IMG/VR virus record: IMGVR_UViG_3300035703_000010
Span: 62,001 to 126,000 of that record
Reading direction: 5' to 3' (one strand)
Length of the DNA: 64,000 nt
How positions within the stretch are numbered: the stretch's first letter is position 1; every line of letters begins with the position of its first letter. Shown here piece after piece: positions 52,952-63,186 of this stretch. The notes beneath the pieces were generated by a model that saw only the letters and a program-made list of their open reading frames with translations, ran no database searches and was not told the DNA's origin. The translations under genes and the position numbers were made by a program.

Positions 52952-53204
52952 AGATAAAGCCGATATAATTCTAGAGCCCATATTCTTGTTGATGTACTAC
53001 GGAGGGTTTACTTACAAAGAAGCTTATAATCTTCCAGTATCTCACAAGCATTGGTTCGTTCAAAGAATAAGCAAAGAACTATCTAGAACAAGCGACGAGG
53101 GACACACACAATCACGAGCATTGCACGATAACTCTCCTGATGTTAGAGCTTTGTCAGGCCATGCTCGTACAGAAACCCCCTCTAGGCTTAGAAGGTTTAG
53201 TTAA
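52923..53204 (+). CDS. Overlapping T-like ORF of the tail chaperone pair (probably expressed as a frameshift fusion)
   Basis: +1 frame relative to 52088..52951, overlap 29 nt. FFGLRPEDK...YYGGFTYKEAYNLPVSHKHWFVQRI resembles T-domain sequences. Confidence 0.65.
   Translation: MLAFFGLRPEDKADIILEPIFLLMYYGGFTYKEAYNLPVSHKHWFVQRISKELSRTSDEGHTQSRALHDNSPDVRALSGHARTETPSRLRRFS
52931..52939 (+). other. Candidate +1 ribosomal frameshift site TTT CTT TGG
   Basis: Zero frame F-L-W, +1 frame TTC TTT GGC (F-F-G). tRNA-Phe can re-pair UUU to UUC. Confidence 0.5.
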
Positions 53205-53255
53205 TTTATTTTGATTATCTAGGCATATCTTTTTTTTTAGTGTGTAGATATATGC

Positions 53256-53558
53256 ATGGCGAACCGTGAGAAGATTAAAGTTTATTTAAGTGATCTAAAA
53301 AACGATGTAGAATCACAAAAAGCTTTATTCGAATCTATGTCTTTTTGGTTGCAAGGAAGTGATCAATTTGACATATGTTTTTTAGGAACAAAAGAACAGA
53401 TTAGCGCTGCAAAACTTGTCATGCTTGAAACAAAAAAATTTCAAGATGTTCTATTTTGTAAAGACGCAACTTTAAAAGAAGTATTTGAAAATTTGTCTTC
53501 TAAACACTCAGCCGCTAATTCTTTTAAGGAAGTTTTTAGGATTTCTTGGATTTTTTGA
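53256..53558 (+). CDS. Hypothetical protein upstream of the tape measure
   Basis: 100-aa co-directional ORF filling the gap. Confidence 0.6.
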   Translation: MANREKIKVYLSDLKNDVESQKALFESMSFWLQGSDQFDICFLGTKEQISAAKLVMLETKKFQDVLFCKDATLKEVFENLSSKHSAANSFKEVFRISWIF

Positions 53559-53571
53559 GACGGTGAATTAA

Positions 53572-56500
53572 ATGGCTAAGTCGAAGCTACCAGGTGGAAC
53601 AGGCGAAACGGTTCAGGAACAAGCTGAACGTATGAAACAAGCGAAGACCACGCTTGAAGAATTTGTTGCAGCAAACATAAAGATGTCACAAGAGTTACAA
53701 AAAGTAACTGAACAATCGAGCGCTTTCTTTCAGCTTGCAGCAGAAGGAGCTTCAAAAGTAGCAGACGAGATGAAAAATATCGATTCATCATCTCAATCAA
53801 CATCTCAAAACATTAATGGATTAACAAAAGCTATAGAAAAACAAGGAAAAGCTTTTGAAAAAGCCAACAAAGAAGCTGGTTTCAAGAAAGGCGGAGATGG
53901 AAGAAACAACGTTTTTGAACAAATGGCAAAATCTTCAAAAGCTGCCAAGGTAGGAATTACTCTTTTAACTGGTGCTTTTAACCTTTTAGGTAAAGCTATA
54001 AAGGGTGTCGCGACATTCATAGGTGGTGTGTTCGACGTTTTTACTTCTATATTAGGAGCCATCCCAGGGTTGATTGGAGGATTTTTAAATTTTGGAAAGA
54101 GCATATTCGAATCTATGGTCCAAGGTTCTGAAGATGTTCGTCAATTTTCATTTGAAGTCAGACAAGCATTAGAACGAGTAAAAGAAAAATTTGGAGACAC
54201 ATCAAAAGGCGCTGCAGCTGATATAAAGTCTTTCGTTTCTACTGCAGTTGGAATGTATAACAGATTTGGAGACAGCATATTTGCTTCTGTTGATGATGCA
54301 GCAAATTTTGCTCTTGAACTTGCTGGTACTGGAGAAATGGCGACTATTCTTAGCGGCCAATTAAAAGAAAGTTCTAATGAAATAATCAAGTTCGCAAAAG
54401 GGATGGGAACGACTGGAGAAGAGTCTGCTGCATTGATGAACATGGCTTATTCATCTGGAACTGACATAGTAGACATTTATAAACAAATAGGTCAACAGTC
54501 GCAAGGCTTAGCTAAAAGGCTTAATTTAGATGCAAAAGTTTTAGCAAAAAATATTCAAATTGCTGCAAAAGACGTCAAACATTTCGGCAAAGCTACGGTT
54601 CAATCGATGTCAGAATCTGCAGCTTATGCAAATAAGATGGGCTTATCTCTTGACAAGATCGTTGGGGTTCTTGACAAGTTTGACACATTTGAAGATGCTG
54701 CAAATAACGTTTCTAAACTTTCGCAAGCATTCGGCCTTAACTTAGATACGATGAAGCTTCTTGAGGCTGAAACTCCAGAAGAACGTTTGGAATTGTTAAA
54801 AGATTCTTTCAACACAGCTGGAAAATCTTTAGACAATTTGAACCGTAGAGAATTAAACTATGCTGCTAGTTTGATAGGATTAGATGAAGCAAGCACAAAA
54901 AATCTTCTTTCTAACGAAAATAGAAAAAATTCTCTTGATGATGTAAAAGATGCATCAAGCGCTGTAGCAATGCAAACTAGAACGATGGCTGATGTCTTAA
55001 GCCAAGCCACAAAAGACATCGCTATGAATTTAAAACAACTTACTAGAGAGACGAAAGGATTTTTTGACACGTTTATTGACGGTGTATTGACAGGCATTGA
55101 ACGAACGCCTGAAATGCAAAAAATCTTCATGAATATTTCTAGAGCCCTTGACATGGTTTTCATAGCTGGAAATAAACTTGGCGCGGCTTTCGTTAATGCA
55201 TTTCCAGGTGTTAAGAAAATGCTAGATGCTCTAGCACAGTTTTTTAATCCTACGAAGATAGGAGACATGTTTAATGGATTCACAAGATCCTTTGAAGCTT
55301 TCTTTAAAAAGCTAGGAACAGGAACAGGCGATGTTCGTGAACTGTTTAGCGATTTATCCAAAAATTTGACAGATTATTTCACTGCTCAAGGACCTGCCGG
55401 CAGCCAATTCCTACAAGGATTAAAAGATTTTTGGAATGCAATAAAGCAAGTTATTGCGACAGCAATCCTTGGAATAGGAGATGTTATCGCAGAAGGACTT
55501 TCTTTTATTGCTGATTTCTTCGAAGGAAAGAGAAAACTTCCAAGCGGAAAAAATCTTCTTGCTGCAGCAAAAGGAGGATTAGGGAAAGTAGGTGAAGAAT
55601 TATCTCCGATTGGAGAAGCTGCGATGGCAAGCTTTGGAAAAATAGGAGAACAGTTCGGTAGAATTTGGGAACCATTGAAAGAATCATTGAAGACGTCATT
55701 AAAAGAAGGTATCGATTATATCTGGGAATACATAAAAGAAAAGTTTTCAGAAAATAAAGGAAAGATTCTTCTTGGAGGTCTTCTCGGCTTTGCTTCTTCA
55801 GGTGATGGAGGAATATTAGGATTACTTGGAAAAGGTGCCATGGCATACAAAATGCACCAATTAACCAAGCTTGTTACGTCAGGTGCAGCTGCAGGAACAG
55901 CGGCCACAGAAGCCGCGGCTACAGGAGGAGCTGCTGCTACGGTGGGAGGAGCTGCACCTCTTATTACAAAAGCAGGTCTTGCGACAGCTGGTGCGACAGC
56001 TGGTGCTGCTGTTCTTGCAATAGGGGCAACAGCGGCTGCGATAGACCAAGCTATGGCTTTATCAGACGATTTAGAGATTATTGCAGGTCAACAACAAAGT
56101 GCAGTTGACGAAATTAATGATTTAGTTAAATCAGGGCAAATTGAAACGTTAACATATAAATTAGGGTTAGGAGAAGGTCAATCAGGAGAAGGAGCAGGAT
56201 GGTCTGAGCTTTCAAATGAAGAATTAGTAGAACGATATGGGCAATTAATAGGAGGAGCTAGCTGGCTTTCTTCTGATACTGAAGATGCAGAAAAAATAAG
56301 AAGAATATTACAACAAAAATTCAATCAAGCTAAACAAATTCAAGAACAACAAAAAGAAGCGCAAAATAAGCTAATTGAAGAAAAAAAGAAACAAGAGAAG
56401 CAATTAAAAGAAGAAGCTCAAAAGAAAAAAGATGAAGATGAATACAATGCATTTATGAAAGCTTTGGGTGTCGGCGGCAATGGAGAAATTAACATGCTGA

Positions 56501-57693
56501 CATTCAAACAAAAAATTGCTGAAATTGACAAGCTTGCAAAAGATGTAACAAAAGGTTCGTCAAATTTGCAGAAAAATTTCGACATTATAAGAAATCATCT
56601 TAAGACGATGAATTTTAATTTGTTTGGAGCAAATTCAGCAGAATCAAAAGCAAAAGTTGAAGAAATGAAAGCCGCCGGTGAGACGATGATGCACATGTTA
56701 ACGATCATCAAAACGATGGCGCTTATTTCAGGCCAATCTCAAGAATCTGCAAAACAATTGGAGAAATTTGGTGATCCAGAAAAAGGAGACTCAATTGCTG
56801 GAAAGGCCGTAAAATTTGTTGAAAATCAAAAAGTTACAATTGATAAGATAACCGAAGCTTTCATGAAGGATTCGACAAAAGGACAATCTGTTCCCGTTTC
56901 GCAAGTAAAAGAAAATATGTCTAATCTGAAAGAATCTTTGAAATCAGCTGAAGATTCTTTTTCTAGTATATCCAAAGTAAAAGATTCTATCGTTGCAATG
57001 GCTGATCCAAAGAATGCGATAACTGAAAAAATAGCGAATGATGCTCAAAACAATATACAACAAATGAGCCTTCCTCTTAAGACCCTTTGGTCAACAATAG
57101 GATCACAATTAGGCAGCGATATGCTTGCAGATGAAAAAGGCGTATCAAGAATGTCTAAAATAGAACTAGCGATGCAGCAGACAAGAGGCGCAGTAAGCAC
57201 GACAGTTGAACTGTTTAATGAGTTATCAGGCGTTATTTCTAAGCTTGACGCGGATACGACACTTAGAGGTATGTCTTTCCTCAGTGATACGCTTCAAAAA
57301 TTCTCTGATCACGTATCTATCGCGATTGATTCAGTTTCAGTAGAAAGAATCAACGAACTTAGAAATAAGATTGCTGAGATTAAACAATTGACTTTAGATC
57401 TAGATGCATTAATGCCAAATCAAGTCACTGTTGCTGCGACGCCATCAGCCAGTACAAACGTAGTTGCTACGAAAGTGTCTCCTCAGGTTGTTAAACCGAA
57501 GCAAGGCGTTCAAATAAACATGAAATTTGATATTGTCATGGATGCTAAGTCATTAGAAAAAGCACTTGTCACAAGAACTGATTCTCTTGTTGTTAAGGCT
57601 CTTACACAAGGTTTTGGTGAAGGAAAAGTTCAAGCTTCACCTGGGTATGACTTAAACGTTTCTAAGACAACAGCAGCAAATGGAACGCCTTGA
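53572..57693 (+). CDS. Tape measure protein
   Basis: 1373 aa, helical, Ala/Lys/Gly-rich with hydrophobic amphipathic stretches. Canonical position after tube and chaperones. Confidence 0.85.
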   Translation: MAKSKLPGGTGETVQEQAERMKQAKTTLEEFVAANIKMSQELQKVTEQSSAFFQLAAEGASKVADEMKNIDSSSQSTSQNINGLTKAIEKQGKAFEKANKEAGFKKGGDGRNNVFEQMAKSSKAAKVGITLLTGAFNLLGKAIKGVATFIGGVFDVFTSILGAIPGLIGGFLNFGKSIFESMVQGSEDVRQFSFEVRQALERVKEKFGDTSKGAAADIKSFVSTAVGMYNRFGDSIFASVDDAANFALELAGTGEMATILSGQLKESSNEIIKFAKGMGTTGEESAALMNMAYSSGTDIVDIYKQIGQQSQGLAKRLNLDAKVLAKNIQIAAKDVKHFGKATVQSMSESAAYANKMGLSLDKIVGVLDKFDTFEDAANNVSKLSQAFGLNLDTMKLLEAETPEERLELLKDSFNTAGKSLDNLNRRELNYAASLIGLDEASTKNLLSNENRKNSLDDVKDASSAVAMQTRTMADVLSQATKDIAMNLKQLTRETKGFFDTFIDGVLTGIERTPEMQKIFMNISRALDMVFIAGNKLGAAFVNAFPGVKKMLDALAQFFNPTKIGDMFNGFTRSFEAFFKKLGTGTGDVRELFSDLSKNLTDYFTAQGPAGSQFLQGLKDFWNAIKQVIATAILGIGDVIAEGLSFIADFFEGKRKLPSGKNLLAAAKGGLGKVGEELSPIGEAAMASFGKIGEQFGRIWEPLKESLKTSLKEGIDYIWEYIKEKFSENKGKILLGGLLGFASSGDGGILGLLGKGAMAYKMHQLTKLVTSGAAAGTAATEAAATGGAAATVGGAAPLITKAGLATAGATAGAAVLAIGATAAAIDQAMALSDDLEIIAGQQQSAVDEINDLVKSGQIETLTYKLGLGEGQSGEGAGWSELSNEELVERYGQLIGGASWLSSDTEDAEKIRRILQQKFNQAKQIQEQQKEAQNKLIEEKKKQEKQLKEEAQKKKDEDEYNAFMKALGVGGNGEINMLTFKQKIAEIDKLAKDVTKGSSNLQKNFDIIRNHLKTMNFNLFGANSAESKAKVEEMKAAGETMMHMLTIIKTMALISGQSQESAKQLEKFGDPEKGDSIAGKAVKFVENQKVTIDKITEAFMKDSTKGQSVPVSQVKENMSNLKESLKSAEDSFSSISKVKDSIVAMADPKNAITEKIANDAQNNIQQMSLPLKTLWSTIGSQLGSDMLADEKGVSRMSKIELAMQQTRGAVSTTVELFNELSGVISKLDADTTLRGMSFLSDTLQKFSDHVSIAIDSVSVERINELRNKIAEIKQLTLDLDALMPNQVTVAATPSASTNVVATKVSPQVVKPKQGVQINMKFDIVMDAKSLEKALVTRTDSLVVKALTQGFGEGKVQASPGYDLNVSKTTAANGTP

Positions 57694-57714
57694 TTAATAA
57701 GGACCATCAATTAA

Positions 57715-57990
57715 ATGAAAATACCTACAAAACAAGAATATTTTAAGAAGCTTCGTTCTAATCAAGAATATCAATCTTTGTTGAAGAAAATTCCTGACGC
57801 AGAAGAAAGAAAGCAAGCTATCAACACCATTGAATACATCATGGAAAATTTTATCAATGCTTTTTCCATGGTGGCTTCTGAAGCAGCTAAAAACCCTGAA
57901 TCTGCTGAAAAAATAATGGAGGCTTTGAAAACAGGCGACAACATAATTAAGGAAAGTGATGGTGAACCCATCAATCCGAAAGCGAAGTAG
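57715..57990 (+). CDS. Hypothetical protein
   Basis: SD AAGGA. 91-aa helical ORF. Confidence 0.65.
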   Translation: MKIPTKQEYFKKLRSNQEYQSLLKKIPDAEERKQAINTIEYIMENFINAFSMVASEAAKNPESAEKIMEALKTGDNIIKESDGEPINPKAK

Positions 57991-57995
57991 CACCA

Positions 57996-60900
57996 ATGTC
58001 AGGAATAAAGACAGGAAATAAAGGGTTTGTCAATCCAGTTGATAATAAGGTTTATAGCATTGTCAACGGTGAGGAAGATCCAGAAAATCCAATTAATCCT
58101 GTTTCTGAAACGTATGATCCAGGTAATATGACTGTCGATAAGACAGTCAAAGACATCAGTAAGACAGTAAAGACAACTTTAGCAAACTATCTTAGCAAAG
58201 CAACATTGGGTCAAGCCGGTGCCTCAACGACGGCAAATGCTTATCCTATCGACGGATCTACACTATCAACAATAGAATCTTCGCTTACAACCCCTACCGG
58301 ATACCCATCCCCCCTTACCCCTGCCTCTTCAGGAAATTCTAAAAAATTTGCCGACCAAGACCACCAAATACCTTCGTCAATATCAGACAATTATGCAAAA
58401 GGAACGAATACGGAAGGTACAATTACGACTCTTCTTTCAAAAGGAAAGAGTGAAGAGTCAGCCACAAAACAGCTCTTGGACGGTAACGAATTGCTTCGAG
58501 GCGTGACTAAAGTTCAAAACGTAGTTACGCTACCATCTCCCTTAGGGGCATACTTTTCAGCTGCAATTACACCAAACTATCGAGCACCAACAGACAAGTT
58601 TTTTTCTGAAAGTGATATCTTAAATCCTCCAAAGGCTTTTAATCCAAAACTATTAAATTATAAAGTTTCATTTGCACCAGATCCTGGTTCTACTACAGTC
58701 GACAGCTCAAATCTTAGTTTGCGATTAGACAAAGTTGTCACTACTGATACTTCAGTTTTCAATTTTGCATCAGGATTAACAGGAAAAAACTTTTTCTCTG
58801 TTTCAGCTCCAGATCCGTTAACTCTTAAATCGATAACGGTGAATGAGGTTCCTCCAACTCTAGCCACTGCTGAAAGCCAAAACACGAAAGTATTTGCTAG
58901 CGGGTTAAGGAATTCTTACACTGACGATTATACGGATCTAAGCGTCAATAACAAGGACGGATTGCAAAAAGGCAAAACTGAACATTCGATAGATCCCACA
59001 ATCCCAAAGCCCAGTGGAAATTCATTTTTATCAAAGATCGTAATTGAAGGTACGAGTATAAAAGCTGGAACTGGATTAGACTTTTTAAAAACTTATACAA
59101 ATTCCGCAATATCCCCGAATTATAGAAATGCAGCAGGACAATTTACGACGGAAGACATATTGTCTCCTTCTGGTAAGTTTGATTACAAGCTAATCGATTA
59201 CAGCTCTTTACAAAAGGTTGAGCCTAAAACTGAAGCTGTTAAACAAGGCGATTTAACATTAACCCTTTCTAGTATTTTCAATTTTGCTTCAAAGTTGACA
59301 AATCCAGCTGCTGGGTTTATTTCATTAACAACTTCGGTAAAAAATTCTTATCCTGTTTCTGCACCTGATAAGTTTTCTGCAGATAGTTTATATCCGATAA
59401 CGACTGACGGATTTCCATCTCCTCGGAATGTTGGAACGAACAAGAACACGTTTGTTTTTAATGACAATTTGCCTTCATCTTATTCTGCAGAATTTGATAG
59501 CGTTTCTGGTCAATTTAAGAAAGGCAAGCAAAACACATCCGGGGTAGATGGACATGCTTTATTGTCCAAAAGCATCATTACAGATTCTTTTGGATTTACT
59601 AGACTGAATCCATCTTTACGAAATTATTTTGAGAATGTTGCTGTAGTTAATTTCTTTTATCCTGATATTTCAAATTCTGTTTTATCAAAAGACTCAAATG
59701 AAAAAGCTTTTTTGTTGAAGCAAATTGACATATCATCCCCTCCGCGGGCTTTTGAACCCATCATAAACATTGGAACGACTTTTGGAAAGTATTCTGGACA
59801 AGAATCTTTAAAAACGCAGTGGAACTTAATAGATCAAAGAAAGAAAGCTTCTGAAATAACTCAAGTAAATCAATACTCAGTTGATCTTTCTTTAGAAGAT
59901 TTAATTCATACTAATGATCCTTCGACTTCTCTTCCGCTTCCTCTTTCGCAAAAAAACAATGATTCTTACGTAAAACGAGAAGATATCAAGCCTTTATCTC
60001 GTGATGCAACGATAAAGAATTTTTCAAAAGGTAAAGAATCATTAAACAATGATGACAACGTTACGACAGGTCATACTCTTTTAAAGGATGGAGTTCCTGG
60101 AAACTATGACGTTTTGACTGGGCTTCCATCTAACGAAAGCCCTACAGGAATTGAAGAATCTAGCCCGCTTTATGAGTATGTAGGAAATCGTGGAGCAACA
60201 GTTCTTAACGTAGGAGCAAATCGTTTCATTGGATCTTCAAGACCTGAAAGAGGATTTAATCCTACTTTGACGCTTCCAGGTGGAAAGACAATTTCTCAGT
60301 TAAAGATGTCTAACGTTGCAAGAGAACTACTTAATCGAGCAACGGGACGAGCAGAAAGATCGGCAACCGAAGTAGACTTTGCTGAAAATCCTGTTATTTC
60401 AAGCCCTGATTTAGGAATAGCAAAAGTCAACAATATTCTTTTAGAAGCAGCAGACGCAATAAATTCATTGTCTATTGATAATGAAATTGACGAAGGATCT
60501 CTAACATCGATCAGCGGCATTTACGACGATTCTGGTAATGGACAATCATGGGGAACTTTAACGACTCCTGATAGCAAGTTTGACCAACCTCTCAATACTC
60601 GTTTTATTGTTCTTATGTTGTTGCTTTTGACCGCGATAATTACGCTATTTGGGTTCTTCGGATTTTTTACTCCTCAAGATAAAAGAACGTCCGATCCATT
60701 GAAGCCAAGCAGAGATCCAAACGGACAATTGGCTCTTGGAAATCATAAGTTCAAAAGCAAAGACGACGGTCTTTTCGGGCTCGGAGGCGGAGTTTTAACG
60801 ATTGAAAACATGTTAGGAATAAGGGAAACATTTAATCCTGCAATTTCTGCATTAAACGCAGGAGTTAAAGCGTTTTTCATAGGAGCTTCAAACGCTGATG

Positions 60901-62846
60901 TAACGATAGCTCAAATTGCAGCTGCAGTTGCTGGAATAGGAATAGACTCTATTGTTGGGGAAGGGTCTGCTGTTGGAGCAAACATAGTCGTAGCTCGTAC
61001 GATAGTTAGATCCAGCTTAATAATAGCTCAACAGGTTGAAAGCATACAAAATGCAAATGAAACTTCATTAAGTCCAGCGTTGTCAAAGGTCTCTGGAATA
61101 GCGACTATCGGTAAGTTGTTTAGGACTTCTAAGCTTATTTCTGCAATAAACGTGTTCATGTCTCTAGGTGATGCTTTACTAAGCAGACAATCAACAATGG
61201 TTTTAGGCCCAGATGGGTCTCCGCGCACCTCAAGCGGCGCAGATAGACAGGATCCCTTAGGGGCTCATTCGACTGTTAGGAAAAGTCGGTTGACGTATGA
61301 CGATGGTCAAGGAACGGTAAAGTACGATCCTGAACTTGCATGGTCGTCTAGAAGAGCTCCTTCACTGTATCTTGTTCCTGCATCCATCGCGGGAATTCAA
61401 AATCGTGATGCAAGCCAAGGAAATCCCCTAGGATCATTCGGGGGATCTGGGTATTTACGTAAACATGATGGCACAGGGAAATCAAAAACGATATCTTCTT
61501 TAGCACCTGATTCAGGAAGGTTCAGTAAAGAAATCAGGGAAAGCATGGAGAAGCTTTTGGATGCAGAATATGTTCCTTTCTATTTCCATGATATCAGAAC
61601 GAATGAAATCATTTCTTTTCATGCTTTCTTGACGTCTTTAACAGATGATTATACTGCATCGTATGATTCAGTGGAAGGTTTTGGTCGTGTCGAACCAGTT
61701 AAGATATACAAAGGAACGCAAAGAAAGATAAGCCTAAGTTTCATCATCGCCTCGACGAGTGAAGAAGATTTTCACGATATGTGGTTCAAAATCAATAAGC
61801 TTGTCACGTTAGCTTATCCACAATATACTTCAGGTAGATCTTTGGTCGGTCCTGGATATGATTTTAAGGCTCCATTCAGTCAAATGATAGGAGCATCTCC
61901 TCTAATCAGAATAAGATTAGGAGATTTGCTACGCTCAAATTATTCTAGGTTCGGATTGGCAAGATTGTTCGGCGCAGGATCAGAATCTACAACAATTCCA
62001 ACACCAGCCACCGATGGGTCCGCCACTCCTTCGAATGATTCTCCTCAACAATCAAATGCTGGTAAAAATTTACAGGCTTTGGTTACTGTTAATGATGCAA
62101 CTAAAAAGTTTATATCTGATCTTTCTAAGACATCAACGCAAGCTTTTGCAGATAACCTTAGAGGTTTAAGTATTCCTTATAACTCTAGTCATGTTGCTCA
62201 AGGAATAACATTAGTTGATAATTCCAATAGAAACAATGGAAAAACCTTAGAAACAGTTGCTGATGATGACGTTTCTAATCCTTCATATTATGGAAAAAAT
62301 CGTGCTCCTTTTAGAAATACAACAATAAAAGTTTTAGGGGTACAAGAATTTGACTATTTAATTTCTGTAGAATATTTCAATATGAAATTAATGAAAATGG
62401 TAGAATCAAGAAATCTCATCACACCTCAGCAACTATCTGTATTAGTGAACAGTTCTATAGGCGTAAAAAATGCCTTAAATGAAAGGTTAAATACCCAACC
62501 TCAAAACGTTGCCATTTCTGGATATAATAGCATCGTATCATTTATGCAAGAGAACACGAACGCAATTGTTCGTTCTTTTGAATCCGCAGGAGGAAAAGGA
62601 CTTGCCGGTGTTATCGAGTCTATGAATTTTGATTGGTACAGCCAAACAACATGGGAGATAGCCCCTGGATCAACTGCTCCAAAAATGTGTAAGGTAACGG
62701 TTAACTTCTCACCGATACATGATATCACACCAGGTATTGATCACATGGGTTATAATCGTGCACCGGTATATTCAGTTGGTAATGCCATGAATTCCACAAC
62801 TCCGAATCAAGTTTCTGCGAACACGGTAGAGAAATCATCTAAGTAA
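57996..62846 (+). CDS. Large baseplate/tube-initiator-like protein with N-terminal repeats
   Basis: C-terminal YVPFYFHDIRTNEIISFHAFLTSLTDDYTASYDSVEGFGRVEPVKIYKGTQRKISLSF...PLIRIRLGD...GVIESMNFDW...PKMCKVTVNFSPIHD resembles gp48/gp54-type tube-like baseplate domains. Followed by a LysM gene. Confidence 0.65.
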   Translation: MSGIKTGNKGFVNPVDNKVYSIVNGEEDPENPINPVSETYDPGNMTVDKTVKDISKTVKTTLANYLSKATLGQAGASTTANAYPIDGSTLSTIESSLTTPTGYPSPLTPASSGNSKKFADQDHQIPSSISDNYAKGTNTEGTITTLLSKGKSEESATKQLLDGNELLRGVTKVQNVVTLPSPLGAYFSAAITPNYRAPTDKFFSESDILNPPKAFNPKLLNYKVSFAPDPGSTTVDSSNLSLRLDKVVTTDTSVFNFASGLTGKNFFSVSAPDPLTLKSITVNEVPPTLATAESQNTKVFASGLRNSYTDDYTDLSVNNKDGLQKGKTEHSIDPTIPKPSGNSFLSKIVIEGTSIKAGTGLDFLKTYTNSAISPNYRNAAGQFTTEDILSPSGKFDYKLIDYSSLQKVEPKTEAVKQGDLTLTLSSIFNFASKLTNPAAGFISLTTSVKNSYPVSAPDKFSADSLYPITTDGFPSPRNVGTNKNTFVFNDNLPSSYSAEFDSVSGQFKKGKQNTSGVDGHALLSKSIITDSFGFTRLNPSLRNYFENVAVVNFFYPDISNSVLSKDSNEKAFLLKQIDISSPPRAFEPIINIGTTFGKYSGQESLKTQWNLIDQRKKASEITQVNQYSVDLSLEDLIHTNDPSTSLPLPLSQKNNDSYVKREDIKPLSRDATIKNFSKGKESLNNDDNVTTGHTLLKDGVPGNYDVLTGLPSNESPTGIEESSPLYEYVGNRGATVLNVGANRFIGSSRPERGFNPTLTLPGGKTISQLKMSNVARELLNRATGRAERSATEVDFAENPVISSPDLGIAKVNNILLEAADAINSLSIDNEIDEGSLTSISGIYDDSGNGQSWGTLTTPDSKFDQPLNTRFIVLMLLLLTAIITLFGFFGFFTPQDKRTSDPLKPSRDPNGQLALGNHKFKSKDDGLFGLGGGVLTIENMLGIRETFNPAISALNAGVKAFFIGASNADVTIAQIAAAVAGIGIDSIVGEGSAVGANIVVARTIVRSSLIIAQQVESIQNANETSLSPALSKVSGIATIGKLFRTSKLISAINVFMSLGDALLSRQSTMVLGPDGSPRTSSGADRQDPLGAHSTVRKSRLTYDDGQGTVKYDPELAWSSRRAPSLYLVPASIAGIQNRDASQGNPLGSFGGSGYLRKHDGTGKSKTISSLAPDSGRFSKEIRESMEKLLDAEYVPFYFHDIRTNEIISFHAFLTSLTDDYTASYDSVEGFGRVEPVKIYKGTQRKISLSFIIASTSEEDFHDMWFKINKLVTLAYPQYTSGRSLVGPGYDFKAPFSQMIGASPLIRIRLGDLLRSNYSRFGLARLFGAGSESTTIPTPATDGSATPSNDSPQQSNAGKNLQALVTVNDATKKFISDLSKTSTQAFADNLRGLSIPYNSSHVAQGITLVDNSNRNNGKTLETVADDDVSNPSYYGKNRAPFRNTTIKVLGVQEFDYLISVEYFNMKLMKMVESRNLITPQQLSVLVNSSIGVKNALNERLNTQPQNVAISGYNSIVSFMQENTNAIVRSFESAGGKGLAGVIESMNFDWYSQTTWEIAPGSTAPKMCKVTVNFSPIHDITPGIDHMGYNRAPVYSVGNAMNSTTPNQVSANTVEKSSK

Positions 62847-62866
62847 AGTAATTACTTACAATAAAA

Positions 62867-63166
62867 ATGGCAATTTTCAGTCGATATAAAAACGATCCTT
62901 CATTAGGCTTTGGGTTTCAATATGGAACATCAACTTCGATATCTGCTGTAAGAAGCGCAATCAATGAAGGATTCATACCCATCGTAAAGACGATAGTTTT
63001 GACTGAAAATCAAAGGCTTGATCAACTTGCTGCGATATATTACAAAGATGCAAGATTTTGGTGGGTTTTGGCCGCAGGTTCAGACATAGGATGGGGATTA
63101 CAAGTTCCTCCTGGAACGATAATAAACATACCTGACATCAACGCCGTCGCCGCAATCGTGACTTGA
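62867..63166 (+). CDS. LysM-domain baseplate wedge protein (gp53/tail X-like)
   Basis: ENQRLDQLAAIYYKDARFWWVLAAGSDI...PPGTIINIP. Confidence 0.8.
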   Translation: MAIFSRYKNDPSLGFGFQYGTSTSISAVRSAINEGFIPIVKTIVLTENQRLDQLAAIYYKDARFWWVLAAGSDIGWGLQVPPGTIINIPDINAVAAIVT

Positions 63167-63186
63167 AAAGGTTGTATAATTGAGCT

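Noticed and set aside
40281-63166. Extracellular contractile injection system or tailocin (three sheaths, tube, LysM)
   Set aside because: Terminase, portal, protease, scaffold, MCP, neck proteins and a tape measure are all present, so this is a complete myovirus.
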